Assembly: GCA_900757235.1 (NCBI GenBank)
Contig: CAAENB010000024.1
Location: 1-56,211 of the forward strand
Direction: 5' to 3'
DNA length: 56,211 nucleotides
Source of the DNA: an uncultured Collinsella sp.
GTDB lineage: Bacteria; Actinomycetota; Coriobacteriia; Coriobacteriales; Coriobacteriaceae
Shown: positions 18,399-27,514 of the stretch, in pieces
Layout of the letters: every line of letters starts with the position of its first letter
How positions within the stretch are numbered: the first letter of the stretch is position 1
Notes under the pieces: model-generated
Seen by the model: the letters and a program-made list of their open reading frames with translations, nothing else
What the model was told of the DNA's origin: nothing
The model's database searches: none
Translations under genes and position numbers: made by a program

Positions 18399-18660
18399 CC
18401 CAAAGTATGTTAAAGCGACTGGCTTAGGCTGGTCGCTTTTTTGTTGACCTCGCATGGGGTCGAACCCGTCGGGGCGCGAAGCTGAGGAAATGCGTAAGCA
18501 TTTACCAGCGCAGCGCGCAAGGCGCAAAGCGCCGAAGCGGCCGCCTGCAAAGCAGGCTGACCCCCTGACGGCCCACCAAAGATTGTTAAGACGGTCAACT
18601 TCGGTTGGCCGTCTTTTTTATTAACCTCGCATGGGGCCGAACCCGTAAGGGCACAGACGC
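18382..18660 (+). repeat. tRNA-Lys 3'-linked tandem repeat, 177-bp period (about 1.6 units)
   Basis: GACCCCCTGACGGCCCACC at 18382 and 18559; ACCTCGCATGGGG(T/C)CGAACCCGT at 18447 and 18624; a terminator hairpin in each unit. Confidence 0.85.
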
Positions 18661-18661
18661 T

Positions 18662-19522
18662 TTACAAGTCGAGCCTGCCCTGGGGGTCGGTGAATCCGTC
18701 TGTTCCCTCCTTGAGCTTTTTCTCGTCTGCTTTCACGCGACGTTCGAGCTTCTTTGTATCTTCGGCAGGCGGTAGGTTCTCGGGTACAATTCCGCGGTCG
18801 ATGAGGCTGCCACGCACGCTTGTGTTGTTCTCGACGTGCTCTTGCTTGATCTGGTCCAGACCGTACAGGTCGTGTTCCTCGGCGTTGAAGGCCGTCATCG
18901 AGTTCGTAAGGTCCTTTGCTTTGATGAGAACATCGGCTAGCCTGTCCGCCAATGCCGAGCTCTTGGATACGCCGAGCTGTTGTTTCATTTCCGCCGTGCT
19001 TCTGCCGCCGAATAACGCTTCATCGCCCTTCGACTTGATGATCGCGAATCCTTTGGAGTCCACGCCGCGTTTGAACGCAATACCCGAGAGCTGTTTCTCT
19101 GAATCAGATAGCGAGTGGCGCGCCTGCAAGCGCTGAATCTCTGCGAAGCGCTGCTCTATGAGCTCTTGGCGGCGCGTCTGCACGGCGAAGTACGCCTGTG
19201 CGAGCGCGATTTCTTGCTTGTTTGAATCTCCGTTCTGGGCGATTAAATAGCATGCATAGCGCGTAAGTTTGTAGTCTTTAACTGCGCGAGCGGCGACACC
19301 GGCAGTTACCATTTTCGTGGTGTCACGAAAATGGGAATCAACTGGAGTTTTGTTTGTTTCGCACGAGACTTTTGCCCTCTTAACAACTTCGGCAAAGTTC
19401 TCCCATCGAGTGTACCCCATGGGTTCCATTAAATCGCGTGCGAGCCAATACTCAACGCCTTCTTCCACATTGGCGTAGCTATCAAGTTCGACACGCCACT
19501 TCTCGATATCTCTACTGTCCAT
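18662..19522 (-). CDS. dinD: DNA damage-inducible protein D family (BRO-like N-terminus)
   Basis: EYWLARDLM..GY..WENF, LTRYACYLIAQNGD..KQEIALAQAYFAVQTRRQE, PENLPPAED.KKLERR. Confidence 0.88.
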   Translation of the reverse strand: MDSRDIEKWRVELDSYANVEEGVEYWLARDLMEPMGYTRWENFAEVVKRAKVSCETNKTPVDSHFRDTTKMVTAGVAARAVKDYKLTRYACYLIAQNGDSNKQEIALAQAYFAVQTRRQELIEQRFAEIQRLQARHSLSDSEKQLSGIAFKRGVDSKGFAIIKSKGDEALFGGRSTAEMKQQLGVSKSSALADRLADVLIKAKDLTNSMTAFNAEEHDLYGLDQIKQEHVENNTSVRGSLIDRGIVPENLPPAEDTKKLERRVKADEKKLKEGTDGFTDPQGRLDL

Positions 19523-19683
19523 ATCTCCTCCTCGCTGGCCTATTGTCTATGCGGGCTTTGCCCGCTCTGTATTCAGAATTAGGATACGCTGCCGTGCGGA
19601 CACGAATGGGCCCCGTGCCACTTCGAGTTCACGGGGCCCATAGATATCGATTAGTTGTGTTTTGCTTTAGATAGGTGTCCAGT

Positions 19684-21210
19684 TTAATTCGCTCGATAGT
19701 GCGATCCGAGACTTTCGGTTCGCTTGCGCATGGCTTTGACCATTTCCTGTGCTAGTTGAATCTGCGATTGCAGGCGGGCGAGGGCTGCGATTTCGCTGTC
19801 ATTGGCGTGTGGCTTGCTCAGCGCCGTTGCGTCGTCTTGCAGGCTTTCAAGCTGTTGCAGGGCCTTGGATAGACCCGCTTCGGTCCTGTTGATCATGCAG
19901 TAGGTACTCATTGTGCGTTTGAGGCAGCGGGTCAGGCGCTCGGCGTCTGCTGTAGCTATGCCATGCTGGGGGAGGGCGATATCCATCGGTGCGGCCGCCT
20001 CAGGAGCGTCCAGCGCTGCTTGGGCTGCCGATGCGCCCGCAATGCGCCCGAACACGATGCCATTGGCACTCGACAAGCCGCCGATGCGGTCGGCGCCGTG
20101 CATGCCGCCTGTTGCCTCACCGCAGGCGTAGAGGCCCTCAACGCCTGCGTACGCGGTCTTGTCGATTTTGATACCGCCGTTGGCGGCGTGGGCATACATC
20201 GCCACGCGCATCTCGTCGGTCGGCGCGATGCCGTGCTCGTCTTGCAGCCAGGTGGCAAAGGTCTGCACAAACTCGGGGATGTCCTCGCGGGGGAAGTCGT
20301 AGTGGAGCGCCAGGCCCTCTGCACCTGCCTGATCTATGACGAGGTCGATGGCGCGGGAGGCCAAGCGCGAGGTGAAAGGACCATATCCAGAGCGCTGCTC
20401 AAGCAGATCGTTTAGCTTGCCGTCGGCAATATCGACCGGCTGGTCTACATGTACGTAGCGCCAGGTTTTCTCGTTGAAGACCAGGTTGCGCTTGGGCTCG
20501 ATGAAGCCAGGCATCATCTGCATGAACTCTATATTAGTAAGTGTTGCGCCGTGCGCCAGCGCGATGGCCTGCGAGGAGCTGAGCACATCAGCCGACGTAA
20601 GGCTGCGCTCGAACAGGCCACCTGTGCCACCGGCTGCGATGATCGTGGCCTTGGCAGCAAAGGGCACGATTCGATTTTCGGTGAGGTCGTAGAGCATGGT
20701 TCCGGTTATTCTGCCGTTCGTGTCCTCAACAAGGTCGATAAGCTCATGGCGGGGGAGCAGGCGAATGCCGAGCGACTCGATCCGGGTCGTCAGAGCGTCC
20801 TCAAGGGACTTGCGGGTGAGGCCGCGCCACATGCGCGTCTTGTGGTCAAAGCAGGGGATAAATTGCTTTTGCTGAGCGCTTTCAGCGCTTTGCGGACGCT
20901 GGAGCTCAACACCCAGGTCTTGCTCGAGCCATTCAATTGCCTGGGGAATGCTGTGGACAAACGTCTGGACAAGATCGGGGTCGGCGACGCCGCCACCAAC
21001 GGTCTGGATGGTATCGATAAGGTCTTGTTCGTCGTCTTCGTTAACGGGTCCGATAAGCCCCAAGCCCCAGGTTCCGGGGAAGAAGCTTGATCCACTCATA
21101 GTCTTGCCGGCGCTTGCCACAGTGACGGTCACGCCCGCGCGCGCCGCTTCGATGGCGGCGCAAAGGCCCGCAATGCCAGATCCAATTACCAGTACATCAG
21201 TCGATTCCAT
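19684..21210 (-). CDS. FAD-dependent oxidoreductase, NadB/SdhA/FrdA flavoprotein superfamily
   Basis: DVLVIGSGIAG, AAGGTGG, EFMQ, GLYACGEATGGMHGADRIGG; substrate unknown. Confidence 0.8.
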   Translation of the reverse strand: MESTDVLVIGSGIAGLCAAIEAARAGVTVTVASAGKTMSGSSFFPGTWGLGLIGPVNEDDEQDLIDTIQTVGGGVADPDLVQTFVHSIPQAIEWLEQDLGVELQRPQSAESAQQKQFIPCFDHKTRMWRGLTRKSLEDALTTRIESLGIRLLPRHELIDLVEDTNGRITGTMLYDLTENRIVPFAAKATIIAAGGTGGLFERSLTSADVLSSSQAIALAHGATLTNIEFMQMMPGFIEPKRNLVFNEKTWRYVHVDQPVDIADGKLNDLLEQRSGYGPFTSRLASRAIDLVIDQAGAEGLALHYDFPREDIPEFVQTFATWLQDEHGIAPTDEMRVAMYAHAANGGIKIDKTAYAGVEGLYACGEATGGMHGADRIGGLSSANGIVFGRIAGASAAQAALDAPEAAAPMDIALPQHGIATADAERLTRCLKRTMSTYCMINRTEAGLSKALQQLESLQDDATALSKPHANDSEIAALARLQSQIQLAQEMVKAMRKRTESLGSHYRAN

Positions 21211-21398
21211 CGGATTCCTTTCTCGTCCGGCGCATTGTCGCACGGGTGATCGGCAATGGGGCCGCAAAGACTCGGCAAATCGGTAAAGGGCACATATGGC
21301 AGGTGGGCGTCATGGGCGTTCTGATGCTCCATTTCATCACATCTCGTATATCGCCCCAACTGATATATTGGCGTTAGCCACCCTGCAGCAGCGCAAAC

Positions 21399-21431
21399 AA
21401 AAAGAGCCGCTACCTCGAAAGGTAGCGGCTC
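21399..21431 (-). terminator. Terminator downstream of the GGGtGRT gene
   Basis: GAGCCGCTACC-TCGAAA-GGTAGCGGCTC with an A-tract on the left (T-tract on minus strand). Confidence 0.7.
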
Positions 21432-21466
21432 CAAAGCTCAACTATATGAGCATCGCGCGGGCGCGA

Positions 21467-22471
21467 TTAGGCCTTGAGGGCCTCCTCGACGGCGACAGCG
21501 CAGGCGACGGTGGCACCGACCATGGGGTTGTTGCCCATGCCGATGAGACCCATCATGTCGACGTGCGCAGGCACGGAGGAAGAACCGGCGAACTGGGCGT
21601 CGGAGTGCATGCGACCCATGGTGTCGGTCATGCCGTAAGAGGCAGGGCCGGCGCCCATGTTGTCCGGGTGCAGGGTACGGCCAGTGCCGCCACCAGAAGC
21701 GACGGAGAAGTACTTCTTGCCAGCCTCGAGGCGCTCCTTCTTGTAGGTGCCAGCGACGGGGTGCTGGAAGCGCGTGGGGTTGGTGGAGTTACCGGTGATC
21801 GAGATGTCGACGTTCTCGTGCCACATGATGGCAACGCCCTCGCGGACGTCGTCGGAGCCGTAGCAGTTAACGGCAGCGCGGGGACCATCGGAGTAGGGGA
21901 TGGTCTCGACGACCTTGAGCTCGCCCGTGTAGTAGTCGAACTGGGTCTTCACGTAGGTGAAGCCGTTGATGCGGGCGATGATCTGAGCAGCGTCCTTGCC
22001 CAGACCGTTGAGGATGACGCGCAGCGGCTTCTTGCGAGCCTTGTTGGCGTTCAGAGCCAGGCCGATAGCACCCTCAGCGGCAGCGAAGGACTCGTGGCCA
22101 GCCAGGAAGGCGAAGCACTCGGTGTCGTCGGAGAGCAGCATAGCGCCCAGGTTGCCGTGGCCCAGACCGACCTTGCGGTCCTCGGCGACGGAGCCGGGAA
22201 CGGTGAAGGCCTGGATGCCCTCGCCGATGATGGCGGCAGCCTCAGAAGCGGTCTTGGCGCCACGCTTGACAGCGAGAGCGCAACCGAGGGTGTAGGCCCA
22301 CTCGGCGTTCTGGAAGGCGATGGACTGGGTGTTGTTGACGATCTCACGCGGGTTGAAGCCCTTGTCGGTGCAGATCTGCAGAGCTTCCTCGAGGGAGGCG
22401 ATGCCGTTGTCGGCGAGGCACTTGTTGATCTTGTCAGCGCGGCGCTCGTAACCTTCGAACGTAACAGTCAT
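21467..22471 (-). CDS. GGGtGRT family protein (function unknown)
   Basis: Signature ASGGGTGRTLHPDN and GHESFAAAEGA; strongly biased codon usage. Confidence 0.92.
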   Translation of the reverse strand: MTVTFEGYERRADKINKCLADNGIASLEEALQICTDKGFNPREIVNNTQSIAFQNAEWAYTLGCALAVKRGAKTASEAAAIIGEGIQAFTVPGSVAEDRKVGLGHGNLGAMLLSDDTECFAFLAGHESFAAAEGAIGLALNANKARKKPLRVILNGLGKDAAQIIARINGFTYVKTQFDYYTGELKVVETIPYSDGPRAAVNCYGSDDVREGVAIMWHENVDISITGNSTNPTRFQHPVAGTYKKERLEAGKKYFSVASGGGTGRTLHPDNMGAGPASYGMTDTMGRMHSDAQFAGSSSVPAHVDMMGLIGMGNNPMVGATVACAVAVEEALKA

Positions 22472-22489
22472 AGTTATTTCCCTCCCTTT

Positions 22490-23224
22490 CTACTCGTGAA
22501 CCGGGAACACGCTGGCGACGGAGTGAGTCTCCTCGTCGGTGCGCGGGTCGATGTACTTGGCAGCGTTCTCCCACTGACCATAGTGGCCCATAGCGCCAGC
22601 GATGGCCTCCTCGGGGGTCTTGCCGGCCTTGACGGCGTCGGTGAACTTGCCGAGGTTCAGGAACTCGAATGCGATGATCTCGTTCTTGTCGTTGAGAGCC
22701 ATGCGGGTGACGTAGCCCTGAGCGAGCTCAAGGTAACGAGCGCCCTTGGCCTTGGTGCCGAACATGGTGCCGACCTGAGAGCGAAGGCCCTTGCCGAGGT
22801 CGTCGAGGGAGGCGCCCACGGGCAGGCCGCCCTCGGAGAACGCGGTCTGGCTGCGGCCGTAAACGATCTGCAGGAAGATCTCGCGCATAGCAACGTTGAT
22901 GGCGTCGCAGACGAGGTCGGTGTTGAGGGCCTCGAGGATGGTCTTACCGGGAAGGATCTCGGAAGCCATGGCAGCAGAGTGGGTCATGCCCGAGCAGCCG
23001 ATGGTCTCAACGAGGGCCTCCTCGATGATGCCGTCCTTGACGTTCAGCGTGAGCTTGCAGGCGCCCTGCTGAGGTGCGCACCAACCCACACCGTGCGTAA
23101 GACCGGAGATGTCGGAAATCTCCTTAGCCTGGACCCACTTGCCCTCCTCGGGGATGGGTGCGGGGCCGTGGTATGCACCCTTGGCAACGGGGCACATGTT
23201 CTCCACTTCCTGTGAGTACTGCAT
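22490..23224 (-). CDS. IscU/NifU-like scaffold protein paired with GGGtGRT
   Basis: GWCAPQQGACKLTLNV, ETIGCSGMTHSA, LVCDA. Confidence 0.85.
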   Translation of the reverse strand: MQYSQEVENMCPVAKGAYHGPAPIPEEGKWVQAKEISDISGLTHGVGWCAPQQGACKLTLNVKDGIIEEALVETIGCSGMTHSAAMASEILPGKTILEALNTDLVCDAINVAMREIFLQIVYGRSQTAFSEGGLPVGASLDDLGKGLRSQVGTMFGTKAKGARYLELAQGYVTRMALNDKNEIIAFEFLNLGKFTDAVKAGKTPEEAIAGAMGHYGQWENAAKYIDPRTDEETHSVASVFPVHE

Positions 23225-23627
23225 GCCTCTCCTCTCTATCGTGTTGGCGTCCCGTCTGGGGGTCGTGGCTGGCGATTGCCGGGCGACCCTTCGAAAGGGA
23301 CATGACATGCAGCCCCTATAATACCGCGAAATGCACGGAATATTCGGCGAACGGCTCAGTTTTCGTAGCGAGAAGTCCGGAAGTTTTAATTGAAACGGTT
23401 TAACTATATGTTCTGTGGTCGCGAATTTCCGTAGAGGGGGTTCGTCTTGGGCAAGCTTTTGGTCAGCTCTTGTAAGCGTTGCAGGGGTTGACCTGTTGCA
23501 ACGGTGCCGTTCGCCGCCCGTTTACTGCCTTTGGCCGCGCGAGTGTATTGTTTTGCGTGAATGTTTTGATGGCACGCTTCAATCGTGCTGTATTGGATGG
23601 CAATCAGATCCCGGCGAAGGGAGCGCC

Positions 23628-24428
23628 ATGCAGCGCGTTTGGAGAACGGTTACCGGCTTTTACCATGTCTGTGCCCGCGGTGTGGGCAAGCAGCTCATCT
23701 TTGAGGGCGATGAAGACCGGTGGGAGTTTTTGGAGCTGATGCGCGAGTGCTGCCGCGAGGCGGGCGTGACGGTTATCGCCTGGTGCCTTATGGGCAATCA
23801 CGTGCATCTGGTGCTTGCAGATTACGAGGACGCGATGAGCGCGGCGATGCACCGGCTGCTTTTGACGTACGCGCGGCGGTTCAATAAGCGCACGGGGCGC
23901 ACGGGTCATCTGTTCCAGAACCGTTTTGACCGGCGCTCGCTCGATACCGACCGTTATCTAATGGCTGCCATTCGCTATGTTCACGCTAATCCGCAGGAGG
24001 CGGGTATCGCCCTGATCGAGCGTTATCCCTGGAGCAGCTTTGCCGAGTATCTGAGAGCGTATGACAACGATACGACGAGGGGATTTTCGGACCCTTCTTG
24101 TGTGCTTGAGCTCTTTGAGTCTGCCAAGGGGTTTCTGGATTATTCTCTGTCGATGCCCGATGGTTCCGATCCGGTGATTCACGATATGGATGAGACAGAG
24201 TGGGAGCGGCGTGCGTTTGCCGACAAGATGGCGAAGCGCCTGGGCGTGCCGCTCAACGAACTCAAGACCGTAGCGCCCTCGCGGCGAGATGGAATCATTT
24301 TCGCCCTGCACGATGTCGGCTACACGGTGCGCGAGATCGAACGATATTCGGGAATCAGCAAGAGTACCGTCTCTCGTATCGTGCGCGCTTATGTTCGGGT
24401 GAATGCTCAGGCTGAGGGCTCGGAATAG
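23628..24428 (+). CDS. REP-associated tyrosine transposase (RAYT) with C-terminal HTH, copy 2
   Basis: YHVCARG, WCLMGNHVHLV, GHLFQNRF, YVHANP, YPWSS, HTH YTVREIERYSGISKSTVSRIV; AAGGGAG RBS. Confidence 0.88.
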   Translation: MQRVWRTVTGFYHVCARGVGKQLIFEGDEDRWEFLELMRECCREAGVTVIAWCLMGNHVHLVLADYEDAMSAAMHRLLLTYARRFNKRTGRTGHLFQNRFDRRSLDTDRYLMAAIRYVHANPQEAGIALIERYPWSSFAEYLRAYDNDTTRGFSDPSCVLELFESAKGFLDYSLSMPDGSDPVIHDMDETEWERRAFADKMAKRLGVPLNELKTVAPSRRDGIIFALHDVGYTVREIERYSGISKSTVSRIVRAYVRVNAQAEGSE

Positions 24429-24473
24429 AAAATGGCCGAACCACTCTTGTCAAGCGATTCGGCCAACAAAATT

Positions 24474-24512
24474 CTTAAGATTTGGGACAAATACTACTGA
24501 TTATTTTGTCCC
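24474..24512 (+). repeat. REP-like hairpin family B, copy 1 (39 bp), overlapping the sufU 3' end
   Basis: CTTAAGATTTGGGACAAATACTACTGATTATTTTGTCCC; 33/39 identical to 29904-29942. Confidence 0.75.
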
Positions 24513-24928
24513 GTGAGCATGCCGTCGAGGGTGCGCCAGGCGAGCTCGGCGCACTTGACGCGGGCAGGCATGTGCGAGATGTCCTGGAGCTGGGCGGCTT
24601 CGTCCAGATCTTCCAGGTCCTCCTCGGAGAGCTTCTCGCCGCGGATCATGGCGAGGAAGAGCCCTGCCAGGCGGTGAGCTTCCTCGACGGTCTCGCCGGT
24701 GACGAGGTCGGCCATGATGTCGGCGCTGGCCTGGCTGATGGCGCAGCCGTGGCCGGTAAACGAGGCCTCCTCGATCACGTTGTTCTCGACACGCAGCTGC
24801 AGAGTGAGCTCGTCGCCGCAGCTGGGGTTGATGCCGTCGTGCTCGTGCGTGGGGGCGTCCATCTCGTACTTGTAGTCGGGGTGCGAGTTATGCTCCATAA
24901 ACGTGGTGGAGGTGTAAAGGTTACCCAT
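24494..24928 (-). CDS. sufU: SUF system sulfur-transfer protein
   Basis: NPSCGD, GCAISQASA, PARVKCAEL. Confidence 0.93.
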   Translation of the reverse strand: MGNLYTSTTFMEHNSHPDYKYEMDAPTHEHDGINPSCGDELTLQLRVENNVIEEASFTGHGCAISQASADIMADLVTGETVEEAHRLAGLFLAMIRGEKLSEEDLEDLDEAAQLQDISHMPARVKCAELAWRTLDGMLTGQNNQ

Positions 24929-26246
24929 TGAACGTGCTCCAAACGTGATGCAGGCCGGCGATGAACTTGTCGATATCGGCCTTGTCGTTGTAGAAGGCCA
25001 CGCTGGCGCGGCAGCAGGCGAGGTTCTCGACGCCCAGCCAGGTGAGCAGCGGCTGCGCGCAGTGGTGGCCGGCGCGGATGCAGACGCCGTCCATGTCCAT
25101 GATGCTCGCGACGTCGTGCGGATGGATGCCCTTGACGTTAAAGCTCACAACGCCGTGGTGGTTGTCCCAATAGATGGAGCCGATGATCTGGACAAAGTCG
25201 AGCTGCATGAGTTCGCCCATCAGATAGTGGACGAGTGCCTGCTCGCGGGCCTGGATGTTCTCGTAGCCCACCGTGTTGACCAGGTAATCGAGGGCGGCGC
25301 CCGTGGCGAAGATGCCGGCGGCGTCCTGCGTGCCGGCCTCGAACTTCTCGGGGACGGGCGCCCAGACAGCGTCCTGCTCGGTGACCGAATCGATCATCTC
25401 GCCGCCGGTAAGCATGGGCGGCATGGCGTTGAGCAGGTCCATCTTGCCCCACAGCACGCCGATGCCCATGGGGCCCATGGCTTTGTGCGCGCTAAAGGCA
25501 AAGAAGTCGGCGCCCAGATCGGCCACATCGACCGGCATGTGCGGCAGCGACTGCGCACCGTCGACGACCAGGTAGCCGCCGTACTTGTGCACGAGCTTGC
25601 CGAGGTTCTTGACCGGGTTCTCGACGCCCAGCACGTTGGAGACCTGACCCACAGCCAGAATCTTGGTCTTGGGACCCACCTTGGCCAGAACCTCCTCGGT
25701 CGTGAGCTGGCCGGTCTTGGTGGGGTAGAGGTAGACGAGCTTGGCGCCGGTCTCGCGGCAGACCTGCTGCCACGGAATCAGGTTGGAGTGGTGCTCCATG
25801 ATGGTGATGACGACCTCGTCGCCCGGTTCGAGCACTGTGGGCGCAAAGCTCTTAGCGACCAGGTTGAGCGACTCGCTCGTGTTGCGGGTGAAGACGACCT
25901 CGTTGGCCTGTGAGGCGCCGATGAGGTCAGCGATCTGCTGGCGGACCTTCGCGATGGCGTCGGTGGCCTCGACGGACAGCGAGTACAGGCCGCGCAGGGG
26001 GTTGGCGTTCATGCGCTGGTAGAAGTCGCGTTCGGCGTCGAGCACACGGGCAGGGCGCTGCGCGGTGGCGGCGCTATCGAGGAAAGCGATCTCGGGGTGC
26101 TGCTGGAACAGCGGGAACTGGCCCTTGTAGGGGTTGGTCTCGATGTCCACGGTGGGCCAGCCGCGCGAAGCCTCGTCGCTGGCGTCGAGCTCCATGGGCT
26201 CGGGGGCGGTACAGGTGTCGCATTTAACGTGCTCGGTGTCGATCAT
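24921..26246 (-). CDS. sufS: SufS cysteine desulfurase
   Basis: LDSAATAQRP, MEHHSNL, DGAQS, SAHK, RAGHHCAQP. Confidence 0.95.
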   Translation of the reverse strand: MIDTEHVKCDTCTAPEPMELDASDEASRGWPTVDIETNPYKGQFPLFQQHPEIAFLDSAATAQRPARVLDAERDFYQRMNANPLRGLYSLSVEATDAIAKVRQQIADLIGASQANEVVFTRNTSESLNLVAKSFAPTVLEPGDEVVITIMEHHSNLIPWQQVCRETGAKLVYLYPTKTGQLTTEEVLAKVGPKTKILAVGQVSNVLGVENPVKNLGKLVHKYGGYLVVDGAQSLPHMPVDVADLGADFFAFSAHKAMGPMGIGVLWGKMDLLNAMPPMLTGGEMIDSVTEQDAVWAPVPEKFEAGTQDAAGIFATGAALDYLVNTVGYENIQAREQALVHYLMGELMQLDFVQIIGSIYWDNHHGVVSFNVKGIHPHDVASIMDMDGVCIRAGHHCAQPLLTWLGVENLACCRASVAFYNDKADIDKFIAGLHHVWSTFNG

Positions 26247-27514
26247 GCGAGCTCCTCTTCAAAGTTGTCGATCAGGTTGTTGCCTAGGCGGACGACGGCG
26301 GCGCGGGTGCGCTCGTCGGTGGCGGAAAGCGCGGCGTCCTCCAGCTTGGCGCGGATGAACAGGTCCTCGGCGGCGTTTTGGTCAAGGCCACGGCAGGCGA
26401 GGTAGAACAGCTGCTCGTCGCGGACGTGACCGATGGTGGCGCCGTGGTTGCCGGCGACGTCGTCCTCGTCACAGAGAATGACGGGAACGGTCTTGTTGTC
26501 GACGCCCTTGTTGGCCAAAAGCACCGTCTCGCGTTCGGTGCCGGTTGCACCCTTGCAGCCGTGCACGAGGTCGATGGTGCCACGGTAGACCTTCTTGGAC
26601 GTGCCGGTCAGCACGCCGTTGGCGTCGATCTCGCACTCGGTCTTGCGACCGCGGTGGCGCAGCTCGTAGTTAAAGTCGCGCACCTGCTCGCGGGCGCCCA
26701 GGTAATCGGTATCGATGGTCACCTTGGCGGTGTCGCCCAGCAGGTCGCCGGCAAGGCCGGTGGCGCTGGCGCCGGCACCCAGGACGGTGTGCTGCACGTT
26801 GACGCGCGCGCCCTCGTCCAGGAACAGACCGGTGTCGTCGAGTGCGATCCAGCTGTCGTCGAGTGTCTGCGCGCAGGTCACGTTGACGGTGGCGTACTCG
26901 TGGGCGCACACGCGTAGCACGGAGCCCACGACACCCTCGCCGGTAACAGGAGAGTCTAGGGCAATATGCAGGTCGAGCGTTGCCTGCGGGCGAGCGACGA
27001 TGTCGATGGCGGCGATGGCCGCGGCGGCATCGACACCGCTCACACGCACGGTAACCGTGGCGTGCTGGTATGCGGGCACATCGATGACGATGCGCTTGGT
27101 AGCGTGCTCGGCCAAGTAGGCGTAGGCAGCCTCGCCCATGCCGGTTTCGAAGGCTTCAGCAGGGGAGAGCTCCTCCTCGAGCTTGATGGCGCCGGCCTGG
27201 TAGACGGAGGTGGCGGGCACGTCGAGCTCGGTCTCGGGCGTGATGCGGGCGCGGTCGGCGGCATCACCGGGGGCGGAGGCGCGGCGCTCGGGGAAGCGCT
27301 CGGCCATGGCGTTCATGGCGGTGCCAAACGCGTCGGCAGCGCCGGAAAACTGCTCGCCCAAGCCTTCGACCTCAACGGCCTCCGCGGGAGCGGCGGCAAG
27401 CTCGTCAGAGAGCTCGAGCTTGGTCTGATTCATTTTCAACCAGCCCCAGGTTGCTGCGGGCATCGCGTTGACCTGCTCGAGCGTGGTAGCAGCGGCGTTG
27501 GTTTCCTGTTTCAT
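26243..27514 (-). CDS. sufD: Fe-S assembly protein SufD
   Basis: P.ILCDEDDV.GNHGATIG, QLFYL..RGL; position in the suf operon. Confidence 0.88.
   Translation of the reverse strand: MKQETNAAATTLEQVNAMPAATWGWLKMNQTKLELSDELAAAPAEAVEVEGLGEQFSGAADAFGTAMNAMAERFPERRASAPGDAADRARITPETELDVPATSVYQAGAIKLEEELSPAEAFETGMGEAAYAYLAEHATKRIVIDVPAYQHATVTVRVSGVDAAAAIAAIDIVARPQATLDLHIALDSPVTGEGVVGSVLRVCAHEYATVNVTCAQTLDDSWIALDDTGLFLDEGARVNVQHTVLGAGASATGLAGDLLGDTAKVTIDTDYLGAREQVRDFNYELRHRGRKTECEIDANGVLTGTSKKVYRGTIDLVHGCKGATGTERETVLLANKGVDNKTVPVILCDEDDVAGNHGATIGHVRDEQLFYLACRGLDQNAAEDLFIRAKLEDAALSATDERTRAAVVRLGNNLIDNFEEELA

Noticed and set aside
18382..19522. Prophage or genomic island integrated at tRNA-Lys
   Set aside because: The att-like duplication spans only 177 bp, with no integrase or third copy seen.
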